Virus record (IMG/VR): IMGVR_UViG_2061766007_000706
Strand: one strand, 5' to 3'
Source of the DNA: an uncultured virus (IMG/VR IMGVR_UViG_2061766007_000706)
Taxonomy: Duplodnaviria; Heunggongvirae; Uroviricota; Caudoviricetes
DNA length: 42,347 nt
The notes under the pieces were generated by a model. The model searched no databases. It saw only the letters and a program-made list of their open reading frames with translations, and had not been told where the DNA came from. The position numbers and the translations under genes were made by a program. How positions within the stretch are numbered: the first letter of the stretch is position 1; each line of letters starts with the position of its first letter. Of this stretch, positions 39,215-42,347 are shown in pieces.

Positions 39215-39986
39215 TTAGCCCACCCCCAGATATTTATCGAGGGTGTCCCGGATACTTTCAAGCCATTCACGGCTGACCGTCACGCCCAGATCGTACCCGC
39301 TGTTTCCCGGCGTGTAGCCCTCCGGCGGTACTTCGCCGGGGATCTCTGATCCGTCATCCTCCCCATCGAGGTCAAGGAACTTACGCATCATCCACCCGGT
39401 CTTTCCCTTATACTTGATCTTGTACCATGCCGAATTCGATTCGGTGTCAAGCACCTCCACGATTGCCCCGAACGGTGCGTCATCTACTACGGGCGCACCG
39501 GTTGAAGCGGTTTTGCGGATATGCACTTTCGTACCGCCCGCACCGGCGGGCTGAATTACTGTTGCGCTTCCCACTGTTGTATTCCCTCCCGTTTCAATAG
39601 GTATTGTTGGTGTGTCCGTATTTGAATCTGTGTTTGTGCCGGTGTCGGTTCCGTAATCAACATCTTTCAAATATCCCACGCCGAACCATTTACTAATCGG
39701 TGATCTTTGAAAACCTGTATCCTTGCCTTGCGCGTTCAATACATAACGGGGATCGTCATCAACTAAACCAACGTGGTAATAGTCGTTCAGATCCCCGTTA
39801 TAAGCCGCCCCTCCGGGCTGGTATTTATCCGGTAAGTCATAGTATTCATCGCCCGGTTTACGCCGCTTCAGAGCCGCCATTCCGGGCTTTGCTTCACTGA
39901 TCGGAAGGATTTCTTTGATATACGAACGCGCTATTTTGTTGCTCCCGTGCGCAATGGTTTTGTTGAATAGCCGCCACACATACACA
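39215..39986 (-). CDS. Endolysin C-terminal part (NlpC/P60 His motif, T-rich linker, SH3b domain)
   Basis: YYHVGLV...VLNAQG; VHIRKTAST...WYKIKYKGKTGWMMRKFL; joins 1-132. Confidence 0.85.
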
Positions 39987-39997
39987 NNNNNNNNNNG

Positions 39998-42176
39998 TGA
40001 CCAGTCAACGGGGACTTGCTGATTCACAAAATCAATGATTACACCTTCCTGCATACCGCGTTCCCTGTGCGCTTCCTGCCGTTCCATTGCCACTTGCGCG
40101 ATATCACCGGAAAGGAATATTTCTTCACCGGTCACAAACCGTACATACGCTTCAGCCCAAACTTGATCCACTTCCGCGCTTGTCAGTTCCGTAAACACGT
40201 TCTTTGTCGGGGCGTTTACGCGGGTATCCACCGGCCAAAAACGCCGGTTCCCGGTTGTATCCTGCAGGAAATCTGTATTATTGCACGTCCCGAAAAACAC
40301 GCACCGCCGCTTGAATTCGGATACGTTGCGCCCGTAGGCTTGCCGGTAACGGTCTGTTGTCAACGAAAGAAATTGCTTAATACACGCAACGTCTGTGCGC
40401 CGGAATGCGTCAAGTTCCGCAACCTCAATGATCCAAACGCCCTGCAGGAGTTCGCTTGCTTCCTTCCCTTCAAATGTTCGGATGGAATCATTGAACCAAC
40501 CGTGACTCATCTTATCAAGGATCGTTGATTTACCTATGCCCTGTGGCCCGCAGAGGATCAACATATTGTCAAACTTGCAACCGGGGGTCATGGCACGGGC
40601 TACCGCCGCNNNNNNNNNNNNNNNNNNNNNNNNNNTCCGCGCCGAGATAGTCAATGAACAACGTATCAAGCCGGGGCTGTCCGTCCCATTTAAGGCTTGT
40701 CAGATAGTCTGTGACGGGGTTAAACGCATGGAGGGACGCATGGATCATAAGCGCGGAATCAATGTTGCCGCGTCCCGTAATGCCCCACGTTTTTTCCATC
40801 CACCAGTAAAGCGCGTTTGAATCGGTATCCGACCACATCCGGTTCCCGTCCTTACCGCCGCGCGACCACGGAAGAGCATCAAGCACTTCACCGCGTCCGG
40901 TAAACTCATTCATCGCAAACTTACCACGTATCCGGGGATCGTGTTCAAGGATCAGAACCACGTTATCAATCGTATTTTTGACTTCGCCCGTCTGATGGTT
41001 TCGCTTCAGCATCAACTGCCAGTTCCCATCCGCGCCCTGTGTAGCTTCGCCCATCACTCCTTCCAGCCCGGTGATCGGCGCAAGGGTTCCGGTTCCCGAT
41101 CCACCTAAACTGGTATCCACCGACACACTACCGGCACTTCCACCGTTCACGATCCCTTCAAAATCCGCTTGCGCCTGTGCCTGTCGGTTAGCAAGCATTT
41201 CAAGCGCGACTTCATCAAGGGTATTCGCGTACTGGCACATTGCCTTATAAGAGGGTAATTTGTTGTTCGGGGTTCCGTCTGCCGCGTCATCGTCCTTATC
41301 GCTGAACTTATGCAACCGTACAAGGTCAAACGCGTTCACAAGCTTGTTAGAGCATGGATCTGTGGCATGATGGGAGAATAAGAACTTTCCATCATCGTAT
41401 ACAACCGCGCCGCCTGTGGTACTTCCGAGGGTATATGTAAACCGGTTCGGGTCATTGTCGCACGGGGCGTAAATACCCGGTAACAGTTCCGCAATCGCCC
41501 GGAGAACGTCATACCGCCGACAAAACGCGCCAACGATACCAGCTTTTTCAAGCGGATCACCTTGTTTTACCGCCAGCTTTGCATAGCTGAATGATCCGGG
41601 GACTTGCGGCCACTGGGTTATATCGTGCCAGTCTTCATACGTCCGCAGAAGCCCGTCCACCGTGATAAACGGAGCGTCCTTAATCACGTACACATATTCG
41701 GCATCCGAACAAACGGAAGGGAAATACATCAGCCGCGCCGTTTCAAACGTTGTCGGGTCAGCCATCGCAATACCGATATTTGCCGCCAAACGCCGCGCAC
41801 AGGGTTCATATTCATCTGCGGTCATGGTTCGGTCTGTCGGTACTAATACGCGTAACCGGGGCTTATTCGGGGCGTGTTTACGGGTTGAATAGACGCAGTA
41901 ATTCACCTTCATTTGTTCAAGGGAATCAATCACCGTCTGTGTTCCCAACGCAGGAACGGCATCAAAATCAAGGGTAATAACGTCCCTTCCGATCACGTTG
42001 TTCGACTTACGCCGCCCGCCGTTCAAGCTTCCCGCGACAAAACCGCCAACGTCCTTCAAATCGTCCTGTTTTGACTTGCTCATCCGCATATATTCGTCAA
42101 GCGTTTCCACGCCGCGATTCGGAATCCGCAAGCGTTCATAGAATTCGGACACTTTCAAGGTTTGCCGTTTCCAGTT
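39998..42176 (-). CDS. Primase/VirE (virulence-associated E) helicase, gap-split
   Basis: DVGGFVAG, YSTRKH...PRLRV, RLMYFPS, FSHHATDP, FDLVRLHKF; Walker A GPQGIGKST; FFGTCN, DTTGNRRFWP. Confidence 0.9.
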
Positions 42177-42186
42177 NNNNNNNNNN

Positions 42187-42347
42187 CCCTATACACGCTC
42201 ATATACCTATATTAGATATATTATGTAATAATGTAATAATAATATAAGAAATATAGATATTATAACGTTTTCCGGTCTTACAATCTTACTTACATTTTTT
42301 CTTACAATCTTACAAACATTTTTGCCCTTTTCTTACATAAATGTAAG
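42187..42347. repeat. Variant second copy of the origin-like region 38190-38348
   Basis: Shares ATATACCTATATTAGATATATTATGTAATAATGTAATA and TTTCTTACAATCTTACAAACATTTTTGCCCTTTTCTTACATAAATGTAAG with a divergent middle. Confidence 0.8.

Noticed and set aside
39215..40669. Novel helicase-endolysin fusion protein (484 aa)
   Set aside because: Fusion occurs across an N-gap; the endolysin N-terminus is at 1-132

Overview
A gapped, partly mis-ordered scaffold of a temperate Bacillota (Clostridia-like) siphovirus genome, mostly on the minus strand. Read right to left it holds a VirE-type primase with an AT-rich origin, early genes, a large serine integrase with repressor/cro switch, VRR-NUC, SNF2 helicase, DUF4417 plus two putative ADP-ribosyltransferase-fold genes, terminases, A118/SPP1-like head and tail genes, tail fibres, a complete diversity-generating retroelement (target gene with VR, Avd, TR, RT) and a lysis module. 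The main result is that the DGR template repeat is split by a 336-nt ORF-less group I (IA2-like) intron at 2096-2431. Removing the intron at canonical U/omega-G splice sites gives a TR that aligns without gaps to the VR (3280-3376), with 12 of 13 mismatches at TR adenines. N-gaps split several genes, and the lysis block 38629-39986 is misplaced inside the primase gene; it joins position 1.
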